Shown here one piece after another: positions 24,601 through 39,600 of a stretch of 64,000 nt of DNA. The notes under the pieces were generated by a model, which worked only from the letters and a program-made list of their open reading frames with translations, made no database searches and was not told the DNA's origin. Position 1 is the stretch's first letter. Every line of letters starts with the position of its first letter. The translations under genes were made by a program, and so were the position numbers. Origin of the DNA: Squalus acanthias (Eukaryota); assembly GCA_030390025.1 (NCBI GenBank), contig CM059432.1:74712001-74776000 (forward strand), in the 5' to 3' direction.

Positions 24601-27600
24601 AGGGAGAAATAGAAGGGATCAATACAAGGGATCAATAGCAGGGATCAATACAAGGGAGCAAAAGAAGGGATCAATACAATGAATCAATACAAGGAATCAA
24701 TACAAGGGATCAATAGAAGGGATCAATAGAAGGGATCAATACTAGGGAGAAATAGAAGGGATCAATACAAGGGATCAATAGCAGGGATCAATACAAGGGA
24801 GCAAAAGAAGGGATCAATACAATGAATCAATACAAGGAATCAATACAAGGGATCAATAGAAGGGATCAATAGAAGGGATCAATACTAGGGAGAAATAGAA
24901 GGGATCAATACAAGGGATCAATAGCAGGGATCAATAGAAGGGATCAATATTAGGGAGAAATAGCAGGGATCAATACAAGGGAGCAAAAGAAGGGATCAAT
25001 ACAATGAATCAATACAAGGAATTAATACAAGGGATCAATAGAAGGGATCAAATGAAGGGATCAATACAAGGGATCAGGACAAGGGATCAATACAAGGGAT
25101 CAGTACAAGGGGTTCAATAAAAGGAATCAATGCAATGGATCAATAGAAGGGATCAATAGAAGGGATCAATAGAAGGGCTCAATACAAGTATCAATACAAG
25201 GGATCAACACAAGGGATCAATATCAGGGATCAATACAAGGGATCAATACAAGGGATCAGTACAAGGGATCAGTTCAAGAGATCAATGCAAGGGATCAGTA
25301 CAAGGGATCAGTTGAAGAGATGAATTGCAAGTGATCAATAGAAGGGATCAATACAAGGGATCAATACAATCAATCAGTACAAGGGATCAATACAAGGGAT
25401 CAATACAAGGGATTAATACAAAGGATCACTACAGGAGATCAATAGAATGGATCAATACAAGGGATCAGGACACGAGAGCAATGCAAGTGATCAATACGAG
25501 GGATCAATACAAGGGATCAATATCAGGGATCAATAAAAGGGATCAATACAAGGGATCAATAAATGGCATCAATACAAGGAATCAATACAAGACACAAATA
25601 GAAGGGATCAATACAAGGAATTAATAGAAGGGATCAATACAAGGGATCAGCACAAGGGGATCAATAAAAGGAATCCATACAACGGATCAATAGAAGGGAT
25701 CAATAGAAGGGATCAATAGAAGGGCTCAGTACAAGGGATCAATACAAGGGATCAACAGAAGGGATCCATACAAGTGATCATTACAAGGGATTAATAGAAT
25801 GGACTAATATAAGGGATTAATAGACGGGAGCAATACAAGGTATCAATACAAGGGATCAATACAAGGAATCAATACAAGGGCCCAATAGAAGGGATGAATA
25901 TAAAGGATCAATACAAGGGACCAATAGAAGGGACTAATAGAAGGGATCAATACAAGTGTTCAATACAAGGGATCAAGAGAAAGGATCAATACAAGAGATC
26001 AGGACAGGGGAACAAGACAAGGGATCAGGACAAGGGATCAATACAAGGGATCAATACAGAGGATCAAAACAAGAAATCAATATAAGGGATCAGTACAAAA
26101 GATCAATACAAAGGATCAATAGAAGTGATCAATACAAGGGATCAACAGAAGGGATCAATACAAGGGATCAATACAAGGGATCAGTACAAGGGATCAGTAC
26201 AAGGGATCAGGACCAGGGATCAATATAAGGGATCAATGAAAGGAATAAATACAAGGGATCAGTACAAAGGATAAGGACAAGGGAACAATACAAGGGATCA
26301 GAAGAAGGGATCAATACAAGAGATCAGTACAATGGATCAATTCAAGTGATCAATAAAAGTGATCAATACAAGGGATCAATACAAGGGAACAATAAAAGGG
26401 ATCAGTACAAGAAATCAGGACAAGAGATCAGGACAAGGGATCAGGACAAGGGATCAATACAAGGGATCAATACAAGGGATCATTAGAAGGGATCAATACA
26501 AGGGATCAATAAAATGAATCAATACAAGGGATCAATAAAAGGAATCAATACAAGGGATTAGTACAAGGGATCAATACAAAGGACTAATAGAATGGATCAA
26601 TACAAGGGATCAATAAAAGGGATCAGTACAAGGGGATCAATACAAGGAATCAATACAATAGATCAATACAAGGGATCAACAGAAGGGATCAATAGAAGGG
26701 GTCAATAGAATGGATCAATAGAAGGGATCAATACAAGGGATCAATAGAAGGGATCAATACAAGGAATCTATACAAGGGATCAATAGAAGTGATCAATACA
26801 AGGGAGCAATAGAAGGGATCAATACAAGGGTTCAATAGAAGGGATCAATACAAAGGATTAATAGAAGGGATTAATACAAGGGATCAATACAAGGGACCAA
26901 ATGAAGGGATCAATAGAAGGGATCATTACAAGGTATTAATAGAAGGGACCAATATAAGGGATCAGTACATGTGGATCAATGAAAGGAAACAATACAACAG
27001 ATAAATATAAGGGATCAATACAAGTGATCAATAGACGGGATCAATACAAGGGATCAATAAAAGGAATCAATACAAGGGATCAGTACAAGGGATCAATACA
27101 AAGGACTAATAGAATGGATCAATACAAGGGATCAATAAAACAGATCAGTACAAGGGGATCAATACAATTGATCAGTACAAGGGATCAATACAAGGGACCA
27201 GTAAAAGGGACCAATACAAGGGATCAGTACAAGGGGATCAATACAAGGAATCAACACAACAGATCAATAGAAGGGATCAATAGAAGGGATCAATACAAGG
27301 GATCCACAGAAGGGATCAATACAAGGGATCAATACAAGGGATCAGTACAAGGGATCAGTACAAGGGATCAATAAAAGGGATCAGTAGGAATCAATAAAAG
27401 GAATCAATACAAGGGATCAGTACAAGGTGATCAATACAAGGAATCAATACAACAGATCAATAGAAGGGATCAACAGAAGGGATCAATAGATGGGATCAAT
27501 ACAAGGGATCAATAGAAGGGATCAATACAATGGGATCAACAGAAGGGATCAATACAAGGGATCAACAGCCGGGATCAGTACAAGGGATCAGTACAAGGGA

Positions 27601-30600
27601 TCAATAAAAGGGATCAGTACAAGGGATCAGTACAAGGGCTCAATACAAGGAATCAATAAAAGGAATCAATACAAGGGATCAGTACAAGGGATCAATACGA
27701 AGGACTAATAGAATGGATCAATACAAGGGATCAATAAAAGGGATCAGTACAAGGGGATCAATACAAAGAATCAATACAACAGATCAATAGAAGGGATCAA
27801 TAAAAGGGATCAATACAAGAGATCAATAGAAGGGATCAATACAAGGGATCAATACAAGGGACCAGTACAAGGGATCAATACAAGGGATCAATAGAAGGGA
27901 TCAATACAAAGTATTAATAGAAGGGATCAAAATAAGGGATCAGTACAAGTGAATCAATGAAAGGAAACAATACAACCGGTAAATATAAGGGATCAATAGA
28001 AGGGATCAATAAAAGGGATCAGTTCAAGGGGATCAATACAATTGATCAGTACAAGGGATCAATACAAGGGACCAGTACAAGGGATCAATACAAGGGATCA
28101 GTACAAGGGCATCAATACAAGGATCAATACAACAGATCAATAGAAGGGATCAACAGAAGTGATCAATAGAAGGGATCAATAGAAGGGATCAATAGAAGGG
28201 ATCAATACAAGGGATCAATAGAAGGGATTAATACAAGGGATCTATACAAGGGATCAATAGAAGGGATCAATAGTAGGGATCAATAGAAGGGATCAATACA
28301 AAGGATTAATAGAAGGGATTAATATAAGGGATCAATACAAGGGAACACATGAAGTGATCAATACAAGGTATTAATAGAAGGGACCAATATAAGGGATCAG
28401 TACAAGGGATCAGTACAATTAATCAATACAAGTGTTCAATACAAGGGATCAAGAGAAAGGATCAATACAAGAGATCAGGACAGGGGAACAAGACAAGGGA
28501 TCAGGACAAGGGATCAATACAAGGGATCAATACAGAGGATCAAAACAAGAAATCAATATAAGGGATCAGTACAAAAGATCAATACAAAGGATCAATAGAA
28601 GTGATCAATACAAGGGATCAACAGAAGGGATCAATACAAGGGATCAATACAAGGGATCAGTACAAGGGATCAGTACAAGGGATCAGGACCAGGGATCAAT
28701 ATAAGGGATCAATGAAAGGAATAAATACAAGGGATCAGTACAAAGGATAAGGACAAGGGAACAATACAAGGGATCAGAAGAAGGGATCAATACAAGAGAT
28801 CAGTACAATGGATCAATTCAAGTGATCAATAAAAGTGATCAATACAAGGGATCAATACAAGGGAACAATAAAAGGGATCAGTACAAGAAATCAGGACAAG
28901 AGATCAGGACAAGGGATCAGGACAAGGGATCAATACAAGGGATCAATACAAGGGATCATTAGAAGGGATCAATACAAGGGATCAATAAAATGAATCAATA
29001 CAAGGGATCAATAAAAGGAATCAATACAAGGGATTAGTACAAGGGATCAATACAAAGGACTAATAGAATGGATCAATACAAGGGATCAATAAAAGGGATC
29101 AGTACAAGGGGATCAATACAAGGAATCAATACAACAGATCAATACAAGGGATCAACAGAAGGGATCAATAGAAGGGGTCAATAGAATGGATCAATAGAAG
29201 GGATCAATACAAGGGATCAATAGAAGGGATCAATACAAGGAATCTATACAAGGGATCAATAGAAGTGATCAATACAAGGGAGCAATAGAAGGGATCAATA
29301 CAAGGGTTCAATAGAAGGGATCAATACAAAGGATTAATAGAAGGAATTAATACAAGGGATCAATACAAGGGACCAAATGAAGGGATCAATAGAAGGGATC
29401 ATTACAAGGGATCAATAGAAGGGATCATTACAAGGTATTAATAGAAGGGACCAATATAAGGGATCAGTACAAGTGGATCAATGAAAGGAAACAATACAAC
29501 AGATAAATATAAGGGATCAATACAAGTGATCAATAGACGGGATCAATACAAGGGATCAATAAAAGGAATCAATACAAGGGATCAGTACAAGGGATCAATA
29601 CAAAGGACTAATAGAATGGATCAATACAAGGGATCAATAAAACGGATCAGTACAAGGGGATCAATACAATTGATCAGTACAAGGGATCAATACAAGGGAC
29701 CAGTAAAAGGGACCAATACAAGGGATCAGTACAAGGGGATCAATACAAGGAATCAACACAACAGACCAATAGAAGGGATCAATACAAGGGATCCACAGAA
29801 GGGATCAATACAAGGGATCAATAGAAGGGATCAGTACAAGGGATCAGTACAAGGGATCAATAAAAGGGATCAGTACAAGGGATCAGTACAAGGGATCAGT
29901 ACAAGGGATCAGTACAAGGGATCAATAAAAGGGATCAGTACAAGGGATCAGTACAAGGGATCAATACAAGGAATCAATAAAAGGAATCAATACAAGGGAT
30001 CAGTACAAGGGGATCAATACAAGGAATCAATACAACAGATCAATAGAAGGGATCAACAGAAGGGATCAATAGATGGGATCAATACAAGGGATCAATAGAA
30101 GGGATCAATACAATGGGATCAACAGAAGGGATCAATACAAGGGATCAACAGCTGGGATCAGTACAAGGGATCAGTACAAGGGATCAATAAAAGGGATCAG
30201 TACAAGGGATCAGTACAAGGGCTCAATACAAGGAATCAATAAAAGGAATCAATACAAGGGATCAGTACAAGGGATCAATACGAAGGACTAATAGAATGGA
30301 TCAATACAAGGGATCAATAAAAGGGATCAGTACAAGGGGATCAATACAAAGAATCAGGACAGATCAATAGACAAGTACAAGGGATCAATAAAAGGGATCA
30401 GTACAAGGGGATCAATACAAAGAATCAATACAACAGATCAATAGAAGGGATCAATAAAAGGGATCAATACAAGAGATCAATAGAAGGGATCAATACAAGG
30501 GATCAATACAAGGGACCAGTACAAGGGATCAATACAAGGGATCAATAGAAGGGATCAATACAAAGGATTACTAGAAAGGATTAATACAAGGGATCAGTAC

Positions 30601-33600
30601 AAGGGATCAGTACAATTAATCAGTACAAGCGATTAATACAAGGGATCAATACAATGGATCAATAGAAGGGATCAATACAAAGTATTAATAGAAGGGATCA
30701 AAATAAGGGATCAGTACAAGTGAATCAATGAAAGGAAACAATACAACCGGTAAATATAAGGGATCAATAGAAGGGATCAATAAAAGGGATCAGTTCAAGG
30801 GGAACAATACAATTGATCAGTACAAGGGATCAATACAAGGGACCAGTACAAGGGATCAATACAAGGGACCAGTAAAAGGGTCAGTACAAGAGATCAATGC
30901 AAGGGATCAATACAAGGGATCAATAGATGGGATCAATACTAGGGAGAAATAGAAGGGATCAATACAAGGGATCAATAGCAGGGATCAATACAAGGGAGCA
31001 AAAGAAGGGATCAATACAATGAATCAATACAAGGAATCAATACAAGGGATCAATAGAAGGGATCAATAGAAGGGATCAATACTAGGGAGAAATAGAAGGG
31101 ATCAATACAAGGGATCAATAGCAGGGATCAATAGAAGGGATCAATATTAGGGAGAAATAGCAGGGATCAATACAAGGGAGCAAAAGAAGGGATCAATACA
31201 ATGAATCAATACAAGGAATTAATACAAGGGATCAATAGAAGGGATCAAATGAAGGGATCAATACAAGGGATCAGGACAAGGGATCAATACAAGGGATCAG
31301 TACAAGGGGTTCAATAAAAGGAATCAATGCAATGGATCAATAGAAGGGATCAACACAAGGGATCAATATCAGGGATCAATACAAGGGATCAATACAAGGG
31401 ATCAGTACAAGGGATCAGTTCAAGAGATCAATGCAAGGGATCAGTACAAGGGATCAGTTGAAGAGATGAATTGCAAGTGATCAATAGAAGGGATCAATAC
31501 AAGGGATCAATACAATCAATCAGTACAAGGGATCAATACAAGGGATCAATACAAGGGATTAATACAAAGGATCACTACAGGAGATCAATAGAATGGATCA
31601 ATACAAGGGATCAGGACACGAGAGCAATGCAAGTGATCAATACGAGGGATCAATACAAGGGATCAATATCAGGGATCAATAAAAGGGATCAATACAAGGG
31701 ATCAATAAATGGCATCAATACAAAGAATCAATACAAGACACAAATAGAAGGGATCAATACAAGGAATTAATAGAAGGGATCAATACAAGGGATCAGCACA
31801 AGGGGATCAATAAAAGGAATCCATACAACGGATCAATAGAAGGGATCAATAGAAGGGATCAATAGAAGGGCTCAGTACAAGGGATCAATACAAGGGATCA
31901 ACAGAAGGGATCCATACAAGTGATCATTACAAGGGATTAATAGAATGGACTAATATAAGGGATTAATAGACGGGAGCAATACAAGGTATCAATACAAGGG
32001 ATCAATACAAGGAATCAATACAAGGGCCCAATAGAAGGGATGAATATAAAGGATCAATACAAGGGACCAATAGAAGGGACTAATAGAAGGGATCAATACA
32101 AGTGTTCAATACAAGGGATCAAGAGAAAGGATCACTACAAGAGATCAGGACAGGGGAAAGACAAGGGATCAGGACAAGGGATCAATACAAGGGATCAACA
32201 GAGGATCAAAACAAGAAATCAATATAAGGGATCAGTACAAAAGATCAATACAAAGGATCAATAGAAGTGATCAATACAAGGGATCAACAGAAGGGATCAA
32301 TACAAGGGATCAATACAAGGGATCAGTACAAGGGATCAGTACAAGGGATCAGGACCAGGGATCAATATAAGGGATCAATGAAAGGAATAAATACAAGGGA
32401 TCAGTACAAAGGATAAGGACAAGGGAACAATACAAGGGATCAGAAGAAGGGATCAATACAAGAGATCAGTACAATGGATCAATTCAAGTGATCAATAAAA
32501 GTGATCAATACAAGGGATCAATACAAGGGAACAATAAAAGGGATCAGTACAAGAAATCAGGACAAGAGATCAGGACAAGGGATCAGGACAAGGGATCAAT
32601 ACAAGGGATCAATACAAGGGATCATTAGAAGGGATCAATACAAGGGATCAATAAAATGAATCAATACAAGGGATCAATAAAAGGAATCAATACAAGGGAT
32701 TAGTACAAGGGATCAATACAAAGGACTAATAGAATGGATCAATACAAGGGATCAATAAAAGGGATCAGTACAAGGGGATCAATACAAGGAATCAATACAA
32801 TAGATCAATACAAGGGATCAACAGAAGGGATCAATAGAAGGGGTCAATAGAATGGATCAATAGAAGGGATCAATACAAGGGATCAATAGAAGGGATCAAT
32901 ACAAGGAATCTATACAAGGGATCAATAGAAGTGATCAATACAAGGGAGCAATAGAAGGGATCAATACAAGGGTTCAATAGAAGGGATCAATACAAAGGAT
33001 TAATAGAAGGGATTAATACAAGGGATCAATACAAGGGACCAAATGAAGGGATCAATAGAAGGGATCATTACAAGGGATCAATAGAAGGGATCATTACAAG
33101 GTATTAATAGAAGGGACCAATATAAGGGATCAGTACAAGTGGATCAATGAAAGGAAACAATTCAACAGATAAATATAAGGGATCAATACAAGTGATCAAT
33201 AGACGGGATCAATACAAGGGATCAATAAAAGGAATCAATACAAGGGATCAGTACAATGGATCAATACAAAGGACTAATAGAATGGATCAATATAAGGGAT
33301 CAATAAAACGGATCAGTACAAGGGGATCAATACAATTGATCAGTACAAGGGATCAATACAAGGGACCAGTAAAAGGGACAATACAAGGGATCAGTACAAG
33401 GGGATCAATACAAGGAATCAACACAACAGATCAATAGAAGGGATCAATAGAAGGGATCAATACAAGGGATCAATAGAAGGGATCAGTACAAGGGATCAGT
33501 ACAAGGGATCAATACAAGGAATCAATAAAAGGAATCAATACAAGGGATCAGTACAAGGTGATCAATACAAGGAATCAATACAACAGATCAATAGAAGGGA

Positions 33601-36600
33601 TCAACAGAAGGGATCAATAGATGGGATCAATACAAGGGATCAATAGAAGGGATCAATACAATGGGATCAACAGAAGGGATCAATACAAGGGATCAACAGC
33701 CGGGATCAGTACAAGGGATCAGTACAAGGGATCAATAAAAGGGATCAGTACAAGGGATCAGTACAAGGGCTCAATACAAGGAATCAATAAAAGGAATCAA
33801 TACAAGGGATCAGTACAAGGGATCAATACGAAGGACTAATAGAATGGATCAATACAAGGGATCAATAAAAGGGATCAGTACAAGGGGATCAATACAAAGA
33901 ATCAATACAACAGATCAATAGAAGGGATCAATAAAAGGGATCAATACAAGAGATCAATAGAAGGGATCAATACAAGGGATCAATACAAGGGACCAGTACA
34001 AGGGATCAATACAAGGGATCAATAGAAGGGATCAATATAAAGTATTAATAGAAGGGATCAAAATAAGGGATCAGTACAAGTGAATCAATGAAAGGAAACA
34101 ATACAACCGGTAAATATAAGGGATCAATAGAAGGGATCAATAAAAGGGATCAGTTCAAGGGGATCAATACAATTGATCAGTACAAGGGATCAATACAAGG
34201 GACCAGTACAAGGGATCAATACAAGGGATCAGTACAAGGGCATCAATACAAGGATCAATACAACAGATCAACAGAAGTGATCAATAGAAGGGATCAATAG
34301 AAGGGATCAATAGAAGGGATCAATACAAGGGATCAATAGAAGGGATTAATACAAGGGATCTATACAAGGGATCAATAGAAGGGATCAATAGTAGGGATCA
34401 ATAGAAGGGATCAATACAAAGGATTAATAGAAGGGATTAATATAAGGGATCAATACAAGGGAACACATGAAGTGATCAATACAAGGTATTAATAGAAGGG
34501 ACCAATATAAGGGATCAGTACAAGGGATCAGTACAATTAATCAATACAAGTGTTCAATACAAGGGATCAAGAGAAAGGATCAATACAAGAGATCAGGACA
34601 GGGGAACAAGACAAGGGATCAGGACAAGGGATCAATACAAGGGATCAATACAGAGGATCAAAACAAGAAATCAATATAAGGGATCAGTACAAAAGATCAA
34701 TACAAAGGATCAATAGAAGTGATCAATACAAGGGATCAACAGAAGGGATCAATACAAGGGATCAATACAAGGGATCAGTACAAGGGATCAGTACAAGGGA
34801 TCAGGACCAGGGATCAATATAAGGGATCAATGAAAGGAATAAATACAAGGGATCAGTACAAAGGATAAGGACAAGGGAACAATACAAGGGATCAGAAGAA
34901 GGGATCAATACAAGAGATCAGTACAATGGATCAATTCAAGTGATCAATAAAAGTGATCAATACAAGGGATCAATACAAGGGAACAATAAAAGGGATCAGT
35001 ACAAGAAATCAGGACAAGAGATCAGGACAAGGGATCAGGACAAGGGATCAATACAAGGGATCAATACAAGGGATCATTAGAAGGGATCAATACAAGGGAT
35101 CAATAAAATGAATCAATACAAGGGATCAATAAAAGGAATCAATACAAGGGATTAGTACAAGGGATCAATACAAAGGACTAATAGAATGGATCAATACAAG
35201 GGATCAATAAAAGGGATCAGTACAAGGGGATCAATACAAGGAATCAATACAATAGATCAATACAAGGGATCAACAGAAGGGATCAATAGAAGGGGTCAAT
35301 AGAATGGATCAATAGAAGGGATCAATACAAGGGATCAATAGAAGGGATCAATACAAGGAATCTATACAAGGGATCAATAGAAGTGATCAATACAAGGGAG
35401 CAATAGAAGGGATCAATACAAGGGTTCAATAGAAGGGATCAATACAAAGGATTAATAGAAGGGATTAATACAAGGGATCAATACAAGGGACCAAATGAAG
35501 GGATCAATAGAAGGGATCATTACAAGGGATCAATAGAAGGGATCATTACAAGGTATTAATAGAAGGGACCAATATAAGGGATCAGTACAAGTGGATCAAT
35601 GAAAGGAAACAATACAACAGATAAATATAAGGGATCAATACAAGTGATCAATAGACGGGATCAATACAAGGGATCAATAAAAGGAATCAATACAAGGGAT
35701 CAGTACAAGGGATCAATACAAAGGACTAATAGAATGGATCAATACAAGGGATCAATAAAACGGACCAATACAAGGGGATCAATACAATTGATCAGTACAA
35801 GGGATCAATACAAGGGACCAGTAAAAGGGACCAATACAAGGGATCAGTACAAGGGGATCAATACAAGGAATCAACACAACAGATCAATAGAAGGGATCAA
35901 TAGAAGGGATCAATACAAGGGATCCACAGAAGGGATCAATACAAGGGATCAATAGAAGGGATCAGTACAAGGGATCAGTACAAGGGATCAATACAAGGAA
36001 TCAATAAAAGGAATCAATACAAGGGATCAGTACAAGGTGATCAATACAAGGAATCAATACAACAGATCAATAGAAGGGATCAACAGAAGGGATCAATAGA
36101 TGGGATCAATACAAGGGATCAATAGAAGGGATCAATACAATGGGATCAACAGAAGGGATCAATACAAGGGATCAACAGCCGGGATCAGTACAAGGGATCA
36201 GTACAAGGGATCAATAAAAGGGATCAGTACAAGGGATCAGTACAAGGGCTCAATACAAGGAATCAATAAAAGGAATCAATACAAGGGATCAGTACAAGGG
36301 ATCAATACGAAGGACTAATAGAATGGATCAATACAAGGGATCAATAAAAGGGATCAGTAACAAGGGGATCAATACAAAGAATCAATACAACAGATCAATA
36401 GAAGGGATCAATAAAAGGGATCAATACAAGAGATCAATAGAAGGGATCAATACAAGGGATCAATACAAGGGACCAATACAAGGGATCAATACAAGGGATC
36501 AATAGAAGGGATCAATACAAAGGATTACTAGAAAGGATTAATACAAGGGATCAGTACAAGGGATCAGTACAATTAATCAGTACAAGGGATTAATACAAGG

Positions 36601-39600
36601 GATCAATACAAGGGATCAATAGAAGGGATCAATACAAAGTATTAATAGAAGGGATCAAAATAAGGGATCAGTACAAGTGAATCAATGAAAGGAAACAATA
36701 CAACCGGTAAATATAAGGGATCAATAGAAGGGATCAATAAAAGGGATCAGTTCAAGGGGAACAATACAATTGATCAGTACAAGGGATCAATACGAGGGAC
36801 CAGTACAAGGGATCAATACAAGGGATCAGTACAAGGGCATCAATACAAGGATCAATACAACAGATCAATAGAAGGGATCAACAGAAGTGATCAATAGAAG
36901 GGATCAATAGAAGGGATCAATAGAAGGGATCAATACAAGGGATCAATAGAAGGGATTAATACAAGGGATCTATACAAGGGATCAATAGAAGGGATCAATA
37001 GTAGGGATCAATAGAAGGGATCAATACAAAGGATTAATAGAAGGGATTAATATAAGGGATCAATACAAGGGAACACATGAAGTGATCAATACAAGGTATT
37101 AATAGAAGGGACCAATATAAGGGATCAGTACAAGGGATCAGTACAATTAATCAATACAAGTGTTCAATACAAGGGATCAAGAGAAAGAATCAATACAAGA
37201 GATCAGGACAGGGGAACAAGACAAGGGATCAGGACAAGGGATCAATACAAGGGATCAATACAGAGGATCAAAACAAGAAATCAATATAAGGGATCAGTAC
37301 AAAAGATCAATACAAAGGATCAATAGAAGTGATCAATGCAAGGGATCAACAGAAGGGATCAATACAAGGGATCAATACAAGGGATCAGTACAAGGGATCA
37401 GTACAAGGGATCAGGACCAGGGATCAATATAAGGGATCAATGAAAGGAATAAATACAAGGGATCAGTACAAAGGATAAGGACAAGGGAACAATACAAGGG
37501 ATCAGAAGAAGGGATCAATACAAGAGATCAGTACAATGGATCAATTCAAGTGATCAATAAAAGTGATCAATACAAGGGATCAATACAAGGGAACAATAAA
37601 AGGGATCAGTACAAGAAATCAGGACAAGAGATCAGGACAAGGGATCAGGACAAGGGATCAATACAAAGGATCAATACAAGGGATCATTAGAAGGGATCAA
37701 TACAAGGGATCAATAAAATGAATCAATACAAGGGATCAATAAAAGGAATCAATACAAGGGATTAGTACAAGGGATCAATACAAAGGACTAATAGAATGGA
37801 TCAATACAAGGGATCAATAAAAGGGATCAGTACAAGGGGATCAATACAAGGAATCAATACAACAGATCAATACAAGGGATCAACAGAAGGGATCAATAGA
37901 AGGGGTCAATAGAATGGATCAATAGAAGGGATCAATACAAGGGATCAATAGAAGGGGTCAATACAAGGAATCTATACAAGGGATCAATAGAAGTGATCAA
38001 TACAAGGGAGCAATAGAAGGGATCAATACAAGGGTTCAATAGAAGGGATCAATACAAAGGATTAATAGAAGGGATTAATACAAGGGGTCAATACAAGGGA
38101 CCAAATGAAGGGATCAATAGAAGGGATCATTACAAGGGATCAATAGAAGGGATCATTACAAGGTATTAATAGAAGGGACCAATATAAGGGATCAGTACAA
38201 GTGGATCAATGAAAGGAAACAATACAACAGATAAATATAAGGGATCAATACAAGTGATCAATAGACGGGATCAATACAAGGGATCAATAAAAGGAATCAA
38301 TACAAGGGATCAGTACAAGGGATCAATACAAAGGACTAATAGAATGGATCAATACAAGGGATCAATAAAACGGATCAGTACAAGGGGATCAATACAATTG
38401 ATCAGTACAAGGGATCAATACAAGGGACCAGTAAAAGGGACCAATACAAGGGATCAGTACAAGGGGATCAATACAAGGAATCAACACAACAGACCAATAG
38501 AAGGGATCAATAGAAGGGATCAATACAAGGGATCCACAGAAGGGATCAATACAAGGGATCAATAGAAGGGATCAGTACAAGGGATCAGTACAAGGGATCA
38601 ATAAAAGGGATCAGTACAAGGGATCAGTACAAGGGATCAGTACAAGGGATCAGTACAAGGGATCAATAAAAGGGATCAGTACAAGGGATCAGTACAAGGG
38701 ATCAATACAAGGAATCAATAAAAGGAATCAATACAAGGGATCAGTACAAGGGGATCAATACAAGGAATCAATACAACAGATCAATAGAAGGGATCAACAG
38801 AAGGGATCAATAGATGGGATCAATACAAGGGATCAATAGAAGGGATCAATACAATGGGATCAACAGAAGGGATCAATACAAGGGATCAACAGCCGGGATC
38901 AGTACAAGGGATCAGTACAAGGGATCAATAAAAGGAATCAGTACAAGGGATCAGTACAAGGGCTCAATACAAGGAATCAATAAAAGGAATCAATACAAGG
39001 GATCAGTACAGGGGATCAATACGAAGGACTAATAGAATGGATCAATACAAGGGATCAATAAAAGGGATCAGTACAAGGGGATCAATACAAAGAATCAATA
39101 CAACAGATCAATAGAAGGGATCAATAAAAGGGATCAATACAAGAGATCAATAGAAGGGATCAATACAAGGGATCAATACAAGGGACCAGTACAAGGGACC
39201 AATACAAGGGATCAGTACAATGGGATCAATACAAGGAATCAACACAACAGATCAATAGAAGGGATCAATAGAAGGGATCAATACAAGGGATCCACAGAAG
39301 GGATCAATACAAGGGATCAATAGAAGGGATCAGTACAAGGGATCAGTACAAGGGATCAATAAAAGGGATCAGTACAAGGGATCAGTACAAGGGATCAATA
39401 CAAGGAATCAATAAAAGGAATCAATACAAGGGATCAGTACAAGGGGATCAATACAAGGAATCAATACAACAGATCAATAGAAGGGATCAACATAAGGGAT
39501 CAATAGATGGGATCAATACAAGGGATCAATACAATGGGATCAACAGAAGGGATCAATACAAGGGATCAACAGCCAGGATCAGTACAAGGGATCAGTACAA